A program made the translations under genes and the position numbers. Below the pieces are notes generated by a model. It was given only the letters and a program-made list of their open reading frames with translations. It was not told the DNA's origin and did not search any database. Of a DNA stretch of 64,000 nt, positions 36,062 to 44,890 are shown piece by piece. Position 1 is the stretch's first letter; each line of letters begins with the position of its first letter. The stretch is taken from the sequence record NC_027402.1. One strand, written 5' to 3'.

Positions 36062-38024
36062 GATCCAAGATCAGCGTCCGGGTAATGCCCGTCGCCCTAA
36101 TCCCGACCAGCCAGCCCCTGTGGCGGCTGCTACCCAACAAGAGATGATTCTTCCGACCGTGCCTGATGACGCGACCTCGGATGCAATCATCATGGCTATT
36201 AAACAAGCCAATCCCGATTTTTCTTTTGCCCGTGCAGAAGAAGTTTATCACCAACACTATCATCGTCCGGAGCCTAAGCTTGAGCGTCCGACGTTTGTAG
36301 AAGAGGCGTTGCCTGAACCTGCTGCGCCTGTACCACCGGCACCTCAGACTTTTGCTGAACAGGTGCAGGAGCACCTACATCGTGCCCCGGAACCGGTAGT
36401 AGAGAAAGCGCCTGCGGTAGAACCTGCTCCGCAGCCAAAAGCTCCGGAAGCGGTTGCACCGGCACAGCCGGCTGTAAAAGAAATGGAAGATGCAGCACCG
36501 AAGGTTCCGGAACAACAACAGATGCGTGAGATTGACTTCGGTAATACCCATTTAGCTGAAACCGCCGAAATGGGTGAAGATGAAGCCGATCGTATTCTGA
36601 CCCAGTCGAAGATGTTGATTGGTCTGAAACAAGACCCTAACATCATTGCAGACTCCCTGCAAAAGTTCCTCGGTAATATTAAACGTTCACCGAAAGACGG
36701 CCGGCTGCTATTCGAAAGCCCTGAACAGCAACAGGTTTACGACGACATCTATCGTGCTTTGAACATGACCCCGCCACGTCTACAGGATGGCGTACCGGCA
36801 TTCGCAGGTGCACTGGACCGTGGTGATACCGCTTGGGAACAGCGCGTGATGTTGCCGGACGGTAAGGCATCTGGTGCTATTGCACCGCGTGACAATATGC
36901 ACACTGGCGCGCTGGCTGCTTTGCGTCGTGTACGTAAGTCGGGTATTCCGAACATGGTTTGGTTGCCGGCCACAGGTATCTACGTGGGCTTCCGCGCACC
37001 GCATGAACGTGACCTTTGTGACTTCGACATGCGTCTAACGCTGGAAACTGCGACCATCGGTATGCAGACCTACGGATTGATGCTGTCGTCGTCTTCTGGC
37101 GTGTACATGCGCCACATGGTTGAATTCGCACTTCAGTTTGTTACCGAAGCAACCATCGATTGTGCGGGTAACGATCTGCGTACGGTGCTGTTGGATACCA
37201 TTGATCTGGCTGACTACTGGCTGGTTATTCTGGGTCCGTTGCAGGCGAAGTGGCCGTCTGGTATTCCATGGACGCTGATGTGTGGCGAAGACGGTTGCAA
37301 CCAGCAGGAAGATGTGAAGCTGAACATCGCGCGTTGTATCCGTTTCGGTTCCGGTCTGTTTAGCGACCTGCAGAAACAACTGTGGGCACGTCAACGCGGT
37401 ACTGAGCGTCCAGTGATTTCTATTGCAGAACAGCGCGAATATATCGCAGCGCATCAGGTTGACCCATCTTCGGTATTTGAATACCACGACGTGCGTGTTG
37501 AATTTGGCCGTTCTACCCTGGGTAGCTTCTTTGACTCCACCGAGAAGTGGATTGAAGACGTTAACGCGTCAACTACGGCAGCGCTGTCTGAATTTGCTAC
37601 CGAGCGTGAACGTGAATCCCATATGCGTTTAACTGCAGAAGCCCGTCGCTTAACGCGCTACGCTCACATGGTGAAATCTATCACCGTTAATGAGCAACGT
37701 GAAGTAAACGGTGAAATGCAGGTTATCCCACAAACTGAAACCGACACAGCGAAAATCGTTGAGATGCTGGAAGAGCTGTCTTCCGACCGTATCTACGTTG
37801 GTCAGTTTGAAAACGCGATTGCTGAATACAACGAACGTACACGTTTAGCGGTATTCGGTTACATGGGTAAACGCTGCCCGGCGTGTGGTAAAACACACGG
37901 CGAGAAAGACGGTCTGTATCGCGGTATTGTTACCATCAGTCCGGACAGGGTTTTTTTCGTGCTCTCTCGAGTGGTGTCCGAGATTCAGAAATTCTTGCTG
38001 GATCAATACGCCGATATTGGCTAG
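36054..38024 (+). CDS. Probable tail/baseplate-hub assembly chaperone, G-like (gp39)
   Basis: Pro/Ala/Glu-rich disordered N-terminus, Cys clusters CGEDGC and CPACG, slippery site near the C-terminus. Function is inferred. Confidence 0.6.
   Translation: MSEIQDQRPGNARRPNPDQPAPVAAATQQEMILPTVPDDATSDAIIMAIKQANPDFSFARAEEVYHQHYHRPEPKLERPTFVEEALPEPAAPVPPAPQTFAEQVQEHLHRAPEPVVEKAPAVEPAPQPKAPEAVAPAQPAVKEMEDAAPKVPEQQQMREIDFGNTHLAETAEMGEDEADRILTQSKMLIGLKQDPNIIADSLQKFLGNIKRSPKDGRLLFESPEQQQVYDDIYRALNMTPPRLQDGVPAFAGALDRGDTAWEQRVMLPDGKASGAIAPRDNMHTGALAALRRVRKSGIPNMVWLPATGIYVGFRAPHERDLCDFDMRLTLETATIGMQTYGLMLSSSSGVYMRHMVEFALQFVTEATIDCAGNDLRTVLLDTIDLADYWLVILGPLQAKWPSGIPWTLMCGEDGCNQQEDVKLNIARCIRFGSGLFSDLQKQLWARQRGTERPVISIAEQREYIAAHQVDPSSVFEYHDVRVEFGRSTLGSFFDSTEKWIEDVNASTTAALSEFATERERESHMRLTAEARRLTRYAHMVKSITVNEQREVNGEMQVIPQTETDTAKIVEMLEELSSDRIYVGQFENAIAEYNERTRLAVFGYMGKRCPACGKTHGEKDGLYRGIVTISPDRVFFVLSRVVSEIQKFLLDQYADIG
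37952..37958 (+). other. Putative programmed -1 frameshift site T TTT TTC
   Basis: In-frame X XXY YYZ heptamer; the -1 frame is open from 37892 through the gp40 stop at 38440; hairpin TCTCG/CGAGA at 37965-37983. Confidence 0.7.
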
Positions 38025-38068
38025 ACCAGGAAGACGTTCCGTCCGAGCAAATCATTACAACGCTCAAG

Positions 38069-38440
38069 ATGGATACCACCTCTCTCTTCAAGCAGCGTAG
38101 CACACGTCCTATTACGTATCAGGAAGCCCATAACGAGCTTCTGGAAGCGTATGACCGTACACTGGCTCTTAATACCGGCGACCATCAGGTAGGGTTGTCG
38201 GATTTTGAAAACCCGGTATATGGTAGTCTTTACGATATCTGGTACGCCACTTACTTACGTGAAGAGGTCGGTGAAAACTACCGGATGTCGATAGACGAGT
38301 TCCTCGACCGCCCCCGCTGGCAGATACTGCTGATGCTCGACAATATCCGTCGTCGCAAAGCGATTATCGCCAAAGCCGGCGAGCAGGTGGCAGGTGAACG
38401 TGCGTTAAAGGAGCTGGAGAAAGATCTGACGGGACATTAA
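38069..38440 (+). CDS. gp40, probably the frameshift-extended T part of a gp39-40 fusion
   Basis: No SD before the ATG; frame is open 177 nt further upstream; MSIDEFLDRPRWQILLML resembles small tail/hub chaperone C-domains. Confidence 0.7.
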   Translation: MDTTSLFKQRSTRPITYQEAHNELLEAYDRTLALNTGDHQVGLSDFENPVYGSLYDIWYATYLREEVGENYRMSIDEFLDRPRWQILLMLDNIRRRKAIIAKAGEQVAGERALKELEKDLTGH

Positions 38441-38448
38441 TAGAAATT

Positions 38449-38477
38449 CGGGGCTTCGGCCCCGTTTTCTTTTTTTT
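38449..38477 (+). terminator. Rho-independent terminator
   Basis: CGGGGC-TTCG-GCCCCG plus T-run. Confidence 0.9.
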
Positions 38478-38493
38478 ATTCGCCTTGGTATGA

Positions 38494-39378
38494 ATGCCCT
38501 TTTCACTATGGAACAGAGCCATGATTGATATTTATACCGACTATGCGGCTGTATTGACAGTCAACCGTCACGAAGGTCGTGCAGCACCGATGCTAGATTT
38601 AGTGACGCTCGGTATGGATTACGGTTACGATGTGGCGTTATCCGATGTTTATAGCAACCCGTTGTCTGACCCCGCGGACGAAACTGTCCGTCTGGAATCC
38701 ATTATCGTGAAGGTAGCGGTTGGATTAGGCAACCGCCTCGGTATCGGACTTAATCCACAAATCGTCTTCCAGAAACCGAAAGAAACCGTACGTATCCTTC
38801 ACGGTGTGTTGGAAGCCTTCGAAGAGTTCGAAGACAGTGATGCCCTTTACGGGATTGTCTCCTCTGGTGAGACACCAGAGTATATCCTGGAGAACATGTG
38901 TCGTTATGTTTACGGTGACGAAAACCTGCACTTCGAAGACCTGATTACTGTTGTCAGCCCACGCGTGCTTACCGTGATGGAGAACTTCTTAGCAGCAGAG
39001 TCGTTGGAAAGCCAGAAACGAAACGACGACGACGAGCGTCAACAGCGTATCGTCGCTTACTTGCGGTTGTTCCCTGAGAACCCGTCAGCGTTTGTCTTTA
39101 TGAATCTGCCTGCTGAGCCAGACTTAACAGTGGTGCAGCAGTCGTTAGAGTTTCGCGTAGAAGATGTTAGCGAAATTGATTTGCTGACGATGTATGCGGT
39201 GGGCTTATCGATTATTCCTCATGCGGAGTTTGATGGGGCTTACGGTGACTTAGAAAAGAACCTTGCCCTGTTGAACGTCGACAACGTCCCGCCTGGAGAA
39301 ATCTTGCGGAAAGGATTGGAAGCGTTGAAAGTCATATACGCTAGTGGGGACGCGGAGGTAGATGATGAACAAGATTGA
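38494..39378 (+). CDS. Conserved virion-associated protein (gp41); start may be 38521
   Basis: Acidic ORF after a TATG motif, coupled to the vRNAP gene. Confidence 0.7.
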   Translation: MPFSLWNRAMIDIYTDYAAVLTVNRHEGRAAPMLDLVTLGMDYGYDVALSDVYSNPLSDPADETVRLESIIVKVAVGLGNRLGIGLNPQIVFQKPKETVRILHGVLEAFEEFEDSDALYGIVSSGETPEYILENMCRYVYGDENLHFEDLITVVSPRVLTVMENFLAAESLESQKRNDDDERQQRIVAYLRLFPENPSAFVFMNLPAEPDLTVVQQSLEFRVEDVSEIDLLTMYAVGLSIIPHAEFDGAYGDLEKNLALLNVDNVPPGEILRKGLEALKVIYASGDAEVDDEQD

Positions 39379-40660
39379 TTATCTGGTCGCTGCGTGTAAA
39401 GCAGAAGCTTGGCGTAGACTGGTGTGGCGTATTGCGGTTTTCAACGTGGCAATCTTTAATGAAAAAGGTGAGCCACCTGAGCAATACGACCTGAACTACA
39501 TTGACGGCTTGCCCCACTACTGGGAAAACGAAGAAATTAAATGGGTGCCGATTGAAGGGTGCAAAAAAGATGAAGAGCTGTTCGTGCCGGAAGAGCAGTT
39601 TGAATTGCGTCCTGAGATGTACCCAGGTTTAGCTGGTCCCATTCCGACTACCGTGGGTCGCTATGTCTTTAACTGGATTGCCATCTATTACGCTTTCGGT
39701 ACCCGTCTCCCGTATCTGGCAGAGTCTCGTGACCCACTAGCCTACCGGAAAGAGATGTATGAGCGTTGTGTGGAATATGATGACAGCGATCCAGACAACG
39801 AAGACGCGATTCGACCGTACATGATAGGACGCTTTGTAGGGGGTCTACACGAGCTTGCTCCGTTGTGTCGTGGGATTGCCCCAACAGGAACAATTAGAAG
39901 TCTTACAACGCATCCTGACGCGTATAAGGTACGTGATGCGTTGCTGTTGAAGCACAAAGACGAACTGGATAACCCTGCGGTTATCGTTATGATTGAAAAA
40001 GCTCTCGACGAACTTGATAAAGAGTGGTTGAGTGGCGACCAGTCCGTTGAGTTCTACAGCTCGCCTAAAGCGCGTATGCGTCGCCGTAAGCTGATGCTGA
40101 TGTATGGTATTCAGACCGCTTTTAAAGAAGGTGCAGATTTTACCTTAATCCCAACGAGTCTGATGGAAGTTGATCAGACCGGGATGAAGTACCTGGTAGA
40201 GAAGTTCAATGACACTCGTGAAGGTTCCTTCATGCGTGGTGCAGAAACCGCTAAGGGTGGTGAGCAGGTACGTATCATCCAGATGATCTTCCAGAACCAC
40301 AAAATCGTGCCTGGAGATTGCGGGACAAAACTGACTCATGCACTTGTAATTAACCAGTATAACTACAAGCGTTATGTTGGCATGAACGCGATGATTAACG
40401 GTAAAGTTACCCAACTCACCGAAGAGTATTTGAAAACGCAATTCGGTAAAGTTGTTCGACTCCGCCGACCCATCTTATGTCAGCAAGGTCACGTAGACTG
40501 TTGTGCGGCGTGCGCCTCTGCACACAAAGCAGAAGAGCCACGGGCAATCGCTGCGGATATCTCATCCGGCTTCTCGAACGTTATGACCACTGCAATGGGT
40601 GCGATGCACGGTCGTGAAACCGTGGTTAAAGAGTACATCCCTAAATTCCACATCACCTAA
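39362..40660 (+). CDS. Virion RNA polymerase beta' middle subunit (gp42; phiKZ gp80-like)
   Basis: DCGT, RRPILC..VDCCAAC zinc site, TAMGAMH; FTLIPTSLME/REGSFMRG bridge-helix-like region. Confidence 0.85.
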   Translation: MMNKIDYLVAACKAEAWRRLVWRIAVFNVAIFNEKGEPPEQYDLNYIDGLPHYWENEEIKWVPIEGCKKDEELFVPEEQFELRPEMYPGLAGPIPTTVGRYVFNWIAIYYAFGTRLPYLAESRDPLAYRKEMYERCVEYDDSDPDNEDAIRPYMIGRFVGGLHELAPLCRGIAPTGTIRSLTTHPDAYKVRDALLLKHKDELDNPAVIVMIEKALDELDKEWLSGDQSVEFYSSPKARMRRRKLMLMYGIQTAFKEGADFTLIPTSLMEVDQTGMKYLVEKFNDTREGSFMRGAETAKGGEQVRIIQMIFQNHKIVPGDCGTKLTHALVINQYNYKRYVGMNAMINGKVTQLTEEYLKTQFGKVVRLRRPILCQQGHVDCCAACASAHKAEEPRAIAADISSGFSNVMTTAMGAMHGRETVVKEYIPKFHIT

Positions 40661-40673
40661 GGATTGTTTCCTC

Positions 40674-41174
40674 ATGACTAAGAAAGACACTACTACCCTT
40701 GACCCGCGTACAGAAGGCGTGGTCCGTGATAGCGCTTCTTACAGCAACGACGACCAATATCGTGTTAAACTGATCACCACGATGCTCGATGAAGCAGGTA
40801 ACAATGCCGGCCCACGTAAAGCATCTGGTACCCAGGCTGAGAAAGATGCGTATAATAAGCTGCATCACTCTTTCCGTGAGCTGTTTAAACTGCGCGGTCA
40901 GGCCTTCCTGGACGGTTTCTACGCCTTTGTAGAAGCGGCTAATAAGCACCGTAACGGTATTTTCTACGCACCGGCTGCTAATAACCGTATCAGTGAGAAC
41001 TTCCCGAATCGTGACGAGCGTGAAGTCTTCGTTATCTTTATTAACATGCTGATTCGTTACGCACGTTGCGCTGACAAAGGCCGTTTCCGTGATACCAACG
41101 ATGTTGACCGTCTGGCTCGTCGCTTGAACGACCCGGACCTGCGTTCGCTGGTTATGCACGCCTTTGGCGGTTAA
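40674..41174 (+). CDS. Conserved hypothetical protein (gp43)
   Basis: SD AAGGA before the ATG at 40674. Confidence 0.75.
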   Translation: MTKKDTTTLDPRTEGVVRDSASYSNDDQYRVKLITTMLDEAGNNAGPRKASGTQAEKDAYNKLHHSFRELFKLRGQAFLDGFYAFVEAANKHRNGIFYAPAANNRISENFPNRDEREVFVIFINMLIRYARCADKGRFRDTNDVDRLARRLNDPDLRSLVMHAFGG

Positions 41175-41220
41175 ATAAAAGTACCTCTCTACCCTAGGGT
41201 AGAGAGGCCTTTCTTTTTTT
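41174..41220. terminator. Bidirectional terminator
   Basis: CCTCTCTACC-CTAG-GGTAGAGAGG with A-run and T-run between convergent genes. Confidence 0.85.
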
Positions 41221-41223
41221 GTT

Positions 41224-43008
41224 TTAGAACCCGCAGATGTACTCCATAGGCTCTGTCACTACTTCCCCTTGCTTACGTAAGAACGTAGACAGGACAGTGT
41301 CTTTGTCCGGTAAGCAGAAGAAGTCTGTCGCTATTTCCATGGCATTAACTCGCCCAGCAGTTAAGTTGACGCCCGTGCGACGTCGAATCTCTTCACTAAC
41401 CCCATTGATGGACAGTAGTTCGATGAGTGTGGTCTCACGAGACTGGTTCATCATGTTTGTGGCCGACGGGTAGGCCTGGGTTAAGTCCGCATCCGCAGTT
41501 TGACCACGGAACGCAGAGTAATATTCGTCAATCTCCTCCAGAATGTTATTCAGACCGTTCTCAGCATTCATACATGCTGTCAGGGTAACAATCCAACCGT
41601 CTGTACCGATAACCTCTTCATCGTAATCGTTACGCATTGCAGACCCTACGGAACCGATGACGTATCCTTTGTCATACAGATAATAGGTAAAGGCCACGCA
41701 GATACGTTTTGGCAGCGACGGGAAGATATCGTACATCGAGAAACCTGCCAGAATGGATATTGCTGAAGACAAATCGTTCGTCTTCTTATCCAACAACACG
41801 ATTAACAAGTTATCCATCATGTTGTATACGGCATATTCGGCAGGGTAGTCCCGTTGTGCTTTTATGTGCCATTGCAGGTTATCTTCATACGGCAGTCCAG
41901 GAATGTCGAGTTTGTGTAAACCGAGTTCGGTGTACAGTATGGCAGATAACTTGTACGAAGGACGTTGGCCTTCGTGGACACGCAACGAACGGAATAACAC
42001 CATGGCATCCACACAGTAGAAAGACGCAGTACAGTAGAGTACGTGCCACTGTTGTGACGGTGCTTTGGTGAGTGACTTGGATTCCGTCTTTTTGTTCGCC
42101 TGGTCTTCTTTAAACCACAGACGACGGTATTTCTCCGGCACATCCGGATGGTTAAAGACGCCCAGTGGATCGATGCCTTCTTTCTGCAAGGTTTCTAACA
42201 TGCGTGAAATATCGAACTGGTGGTTCCATGCGACCAGCAAATCAGGAAGACGCGGATGAATTTCTTCGAACATCCTGACGATGCACTGCCCTGCCGTAGC
42301 GCAGGTATAGGTGAATATTTTATAACCGCTGATAATGTCTTTGGTCTTTGTCACCTTTTCGCCAGTCTTTTTGTCTTTCTCATCGAATTCGATTTTGCTT
42401 AAGAGTTCCTGCGCTTTTTTGAGAATGACTTCTTCCGCGTTTTTACCGATGCGGTCCATGTAGTTCTTAGCACCAAAGAAATGGATTTCGTCGTCTAAGA
42501 TAAATGACACGATCCACGGTTCCTTCGTGCCGTCCATTTCGTTGGTCTCTACGTCGTATACACAAAGACGGTTAGGACTGATGTTGTTTGGCCAACGCTT
42601 TAAGTATTTCTGTTTAATCCAGCTGGTAATCGGTAAGTCGGCCCAATAAACGTACGGGCTAGTACAAACACGCCTCAGGTTCTTTTTCGGGTCAGGGAAA
42701 CGTGCACCTAAACCCATCTGCAACGTCTTCGCCATCTGCGCATCAGTAGTCCAGAGTTCTTGACATTTTCCTTTTTCTTCGAACTCTTTTTTCTCCTGGT
42801 GGTTACGATATTCTTCACGGGTAACGTACACCGGACGCTTTAAATTCTCACGCATTACCAAGCGCGGGATAAGCCTGCCATCCTTAGTATGGATGACCTC
42901 TTTGATGAGGACAAAGTCATTTTCTTTTTCTTCGTCCGTCGCATAAGCGACGTGCTTGCACTCTTTAGCGATGACATCCTCGGGTGCGTAATAGGTATTG
43001 ATTTCCAT
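41224..43008 (-). CDS. Family B DNA polymerase N-terminal part: 3'-5' exonuclease plus motif A (gp44; phiKZ gp82-like)
   Basis: ExoI YDVET, ExoII AWNHQFD, ExoIII YNMMD, polymerase motif A DADLTQAYPS (41464-41493). Confidence 0.85.
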   Translation of the reverse strand: MEINTYYAPEDVIAKECKHVAYATDEEKENDFVLIKEVIHTKDGRLIPRLVMRENLKRPVYVTREEYRNHQEKKEFEEKGKCQELWTTDAQMAKTLQMGLGARFPDPKKNLRRVCTSPYVYWADLPITSWIKQKYLKRWPNNISPNRLCVYDVETNEMDGTKEPWIVSFILDDEIHFFGAKNYMDRIGKNAEEVILKKAQELLSKIEFDEKDKKTGEKVTKTKDIISGYKIFTYTCATAGQCIVRMFEEIHPRLPDLLVAWNHQFDISRMLETLQKEGIDPLGVFNHPDVPEKYRRLWFKEDQANKKTESKSLTKAPSQQWHVLYCTASFYCVDAMVLFRSLRVHEGQRPSYKLSAILYTELGLHKLDIPGLPYEDNLQWHIKAQRDYPAEYAVYNMMDNLLIVLLDKKTNDLSSAISILAGFSMYDIFPSLPKRICVAFTYYLYDKGYVIGSVGSAMRNDYDEEVIGTDGWIVTLTACMNAENGLNNILEEIDEYYSAFRGQTADADLTQAYPSATNMMNQSRETTLIELLSINGVSEEIRRRTGVNLTAGRVNAMEIATDFFCLPDKDTVLSTFLRKQGEVVTEPMEYICGF

Positions 43009-43078
43009 GGTCTACTCTCAAATATGGTGTCTGCTATACTGATTTGTGGGTAACGTATTTTCTAAAAGGAACGTCTAA

Positions 43079-44431
43079 ATGGGACACTGGCAAAAGCACA
43101 TAACCTCGTTGGCCGACGCGAAAGCCGTGGCCTCGGAGTCCATCGGATTCCAAGATAAAAAGAAACTCGCCTCTTTGGCGGAAGTGGTACGTAAGTTCCG
43201 TGATGCGGGCGACTTCTCGCCAGCGGGTTATCAGAGTTCTGGTATTGCTGCCTGGGTCTTTGACAACAACGGTATTACAGTCCTGCCTCGTAACGGGTCC
43301 GACTTAGGTGTGGCGGACGTTGTGTTTGCGGGTGTGGAGCCACCGAAGCTCGATGCGAACAACCCAATCATCGCCGACCTGCAACGCAAGATGGTGCAGG
43401 GCAACACCGACCTGGATGTCTACAGTAAGTTCTTAAAAGAGAACGAGCTGAACGGCGAGTTCGACGATAAAAATGCGAAGCTTTCAGGCGAACTCAGCAA
43501 GGTGCCGTCCCCACTTTGGCTGACCCCGAAACTACTGACAGGTATCGAGTTAACGGATTTAGAAGTCGCGGCGATTATTCTACATGAAGTCGGCCACGTC
43601 TATTACTATTTCCGTACCTTGATGCGTACGGTGGTAACGAACCTGATTGCGGATGCTGCAGCGAACCGCATGATGCAAACAGAAGACCCGACAGTGCGTT
43701 TAAAAGTCGTAAAAGACGTTGAACGTATGCTGAACACCAAAGTGAATCAGCCGGAAACTATCTGCAAAGAGATGTCTAAAGAGAACATCTACATGCATCT
43801 GGTGACAGACATTCTGCTTGAGCGTCCGTTTGTTACCGGTTCGGAAGGGTTCGCTAACCGTACCTGGGAACGTGCTGCAGATGACTTCGCAGCTCGCTTT
43901 GGTGCAGCCCCGTACCTGGCGTCAGCCTTGTACAAAATCGAAACGTCCCAATTCTATCTCTGCCGGAACGCGTCGTACATGAACTACGGTGTGCATCTGA
44001 TGCTGGAGATGCTTAACGTTTCGCTGCTGATTGTGGCTTCGACTAATCCAGTTGGTCTGTTCTTCACGACTATCTCAGTCGCGTTCGGCCTGATTGTGAA
44101 CGACCCACGCAACACCATCTACGATCCGCCGCAGGAACGTTTTGAGACGATGCGTCGTAACTTAGTGGAGGAGCTGAACACCTTAAAAGGCAGTACCACG
44201 AAAGAAGCGAACGAACATCGTAAACGTATTCTGCAGGGCATTGCGTCTATCGACGAACTACTGAAAACCGTGAAAGACAAAGACAACGTCTTTAGCTTCA
44301 TCATGAAAACGCTGACCCCTGGCGGTCGCCGTGAGCGTGCTGGGGTGGATTATCAGCGTACGATGGAGCGCTATCTTTCTAATGACCTGCGTGTGGCTTC
44401 TGCGAAGCTTAGTCAGGCGACTTCTTCCTAA
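43079..44431 (+). CDS. Virion head protein with zincin metallopeptidase motif (gp45)
   Basis: IILHEVGH (43583-43597) and WERAADDFAARFG; hydrophobic segment; ASE-20 maturation site. Confidence 0.7.
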   Translation: MGHWQKHITSLADAKAVASESIGFQDKKKLASLAEVVRKFRDAGDFSPAGYQSSGIAAWVFDNNGITVLPRNGSDLGVADVVFAGVEPPKLDANNPIIADLQRKMVQGNTDLDVYSKFLKENELNGEFDDKNAKLSGELSKVPSPLWLTPKLLTGIELTDLEVAAIILHEVGHVYYYFRTLMRTVVTNLIADAAANRMMQTEDPTVRLKVVKDVERMLNTKVNQPETICKEMSKENIYMHLVTDILLERPFVTGSEGFANRTWERAADDFAARFGAAPYLASALYKIETSQFYLCRNASYMNYGVHLMLEMLNVSLLIVASTNPVGLFFTTISVAFGLIVNDPRNTIYDPPQERFETMRRNLVEELNTLKGSTTKEANEHRKRILQGIASIDELLKTVKDKDNVFSFIMKTLTPGGRRERAGVDYQRTMERYLSNDLRVASAKLSQATSS

Positions 44432-44446
44432 GTAAGGGTACTTAAC

Positions 44447-44890
44447 ATGACGCATAAAGTTTCTTTAAATAACCTGGTACTGGATTTCAAACGTACCAAC
44501 GAAGGGAAAGGCGTACACGCCCAGCGTGCTTTGACCGGCCTGGTTGCTTTCTCACTGGCGTATAACGCGGTACTGGCTGATAATGGCCAATATGGCGCTG
44601 CAGAGGCCGCTGGGACGTTTTTACGTCCGGTAATGCGTAATATCGTCTCTGACGTTAACGAGCTGTACTGTGTTGATTTGGGCGTGATTGAGGACATGAC
44701 CGTGGGTCTGTACTGCAATCGTTACTGCAACGTGTATGGCGGCGCTAAAGCCCTGGAAAGTTTCTCTGTTCGTGAAATCTTCAACCAGGCGCTCGGTGAA
44801 GATATCTGGGAAACCGTCGGTCTGTGGATTAGCCGCTTTATGGAAGTGGTTGGTTTCTACATGGCAGAACTGAAAGGGCAAATTTCATGA
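44447..44890 (+). CDS. Virion protein (gp46)
   Basis: ORF in the head-protein operon. Confidence 0.7.
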   Translation: MTHKVSLNNLVLDFKRTNEGKGVHAQRALTGLVAFSLAYNAVLADNGQYGAAEAAGTFLRPVMRNIVSDVNELYCVDLGVIEDMTVGLYCNRYCNVYGGAKALESFSVREIFNQALGEDIWETVGLWISRFMEVVGFYMAELKGQIS

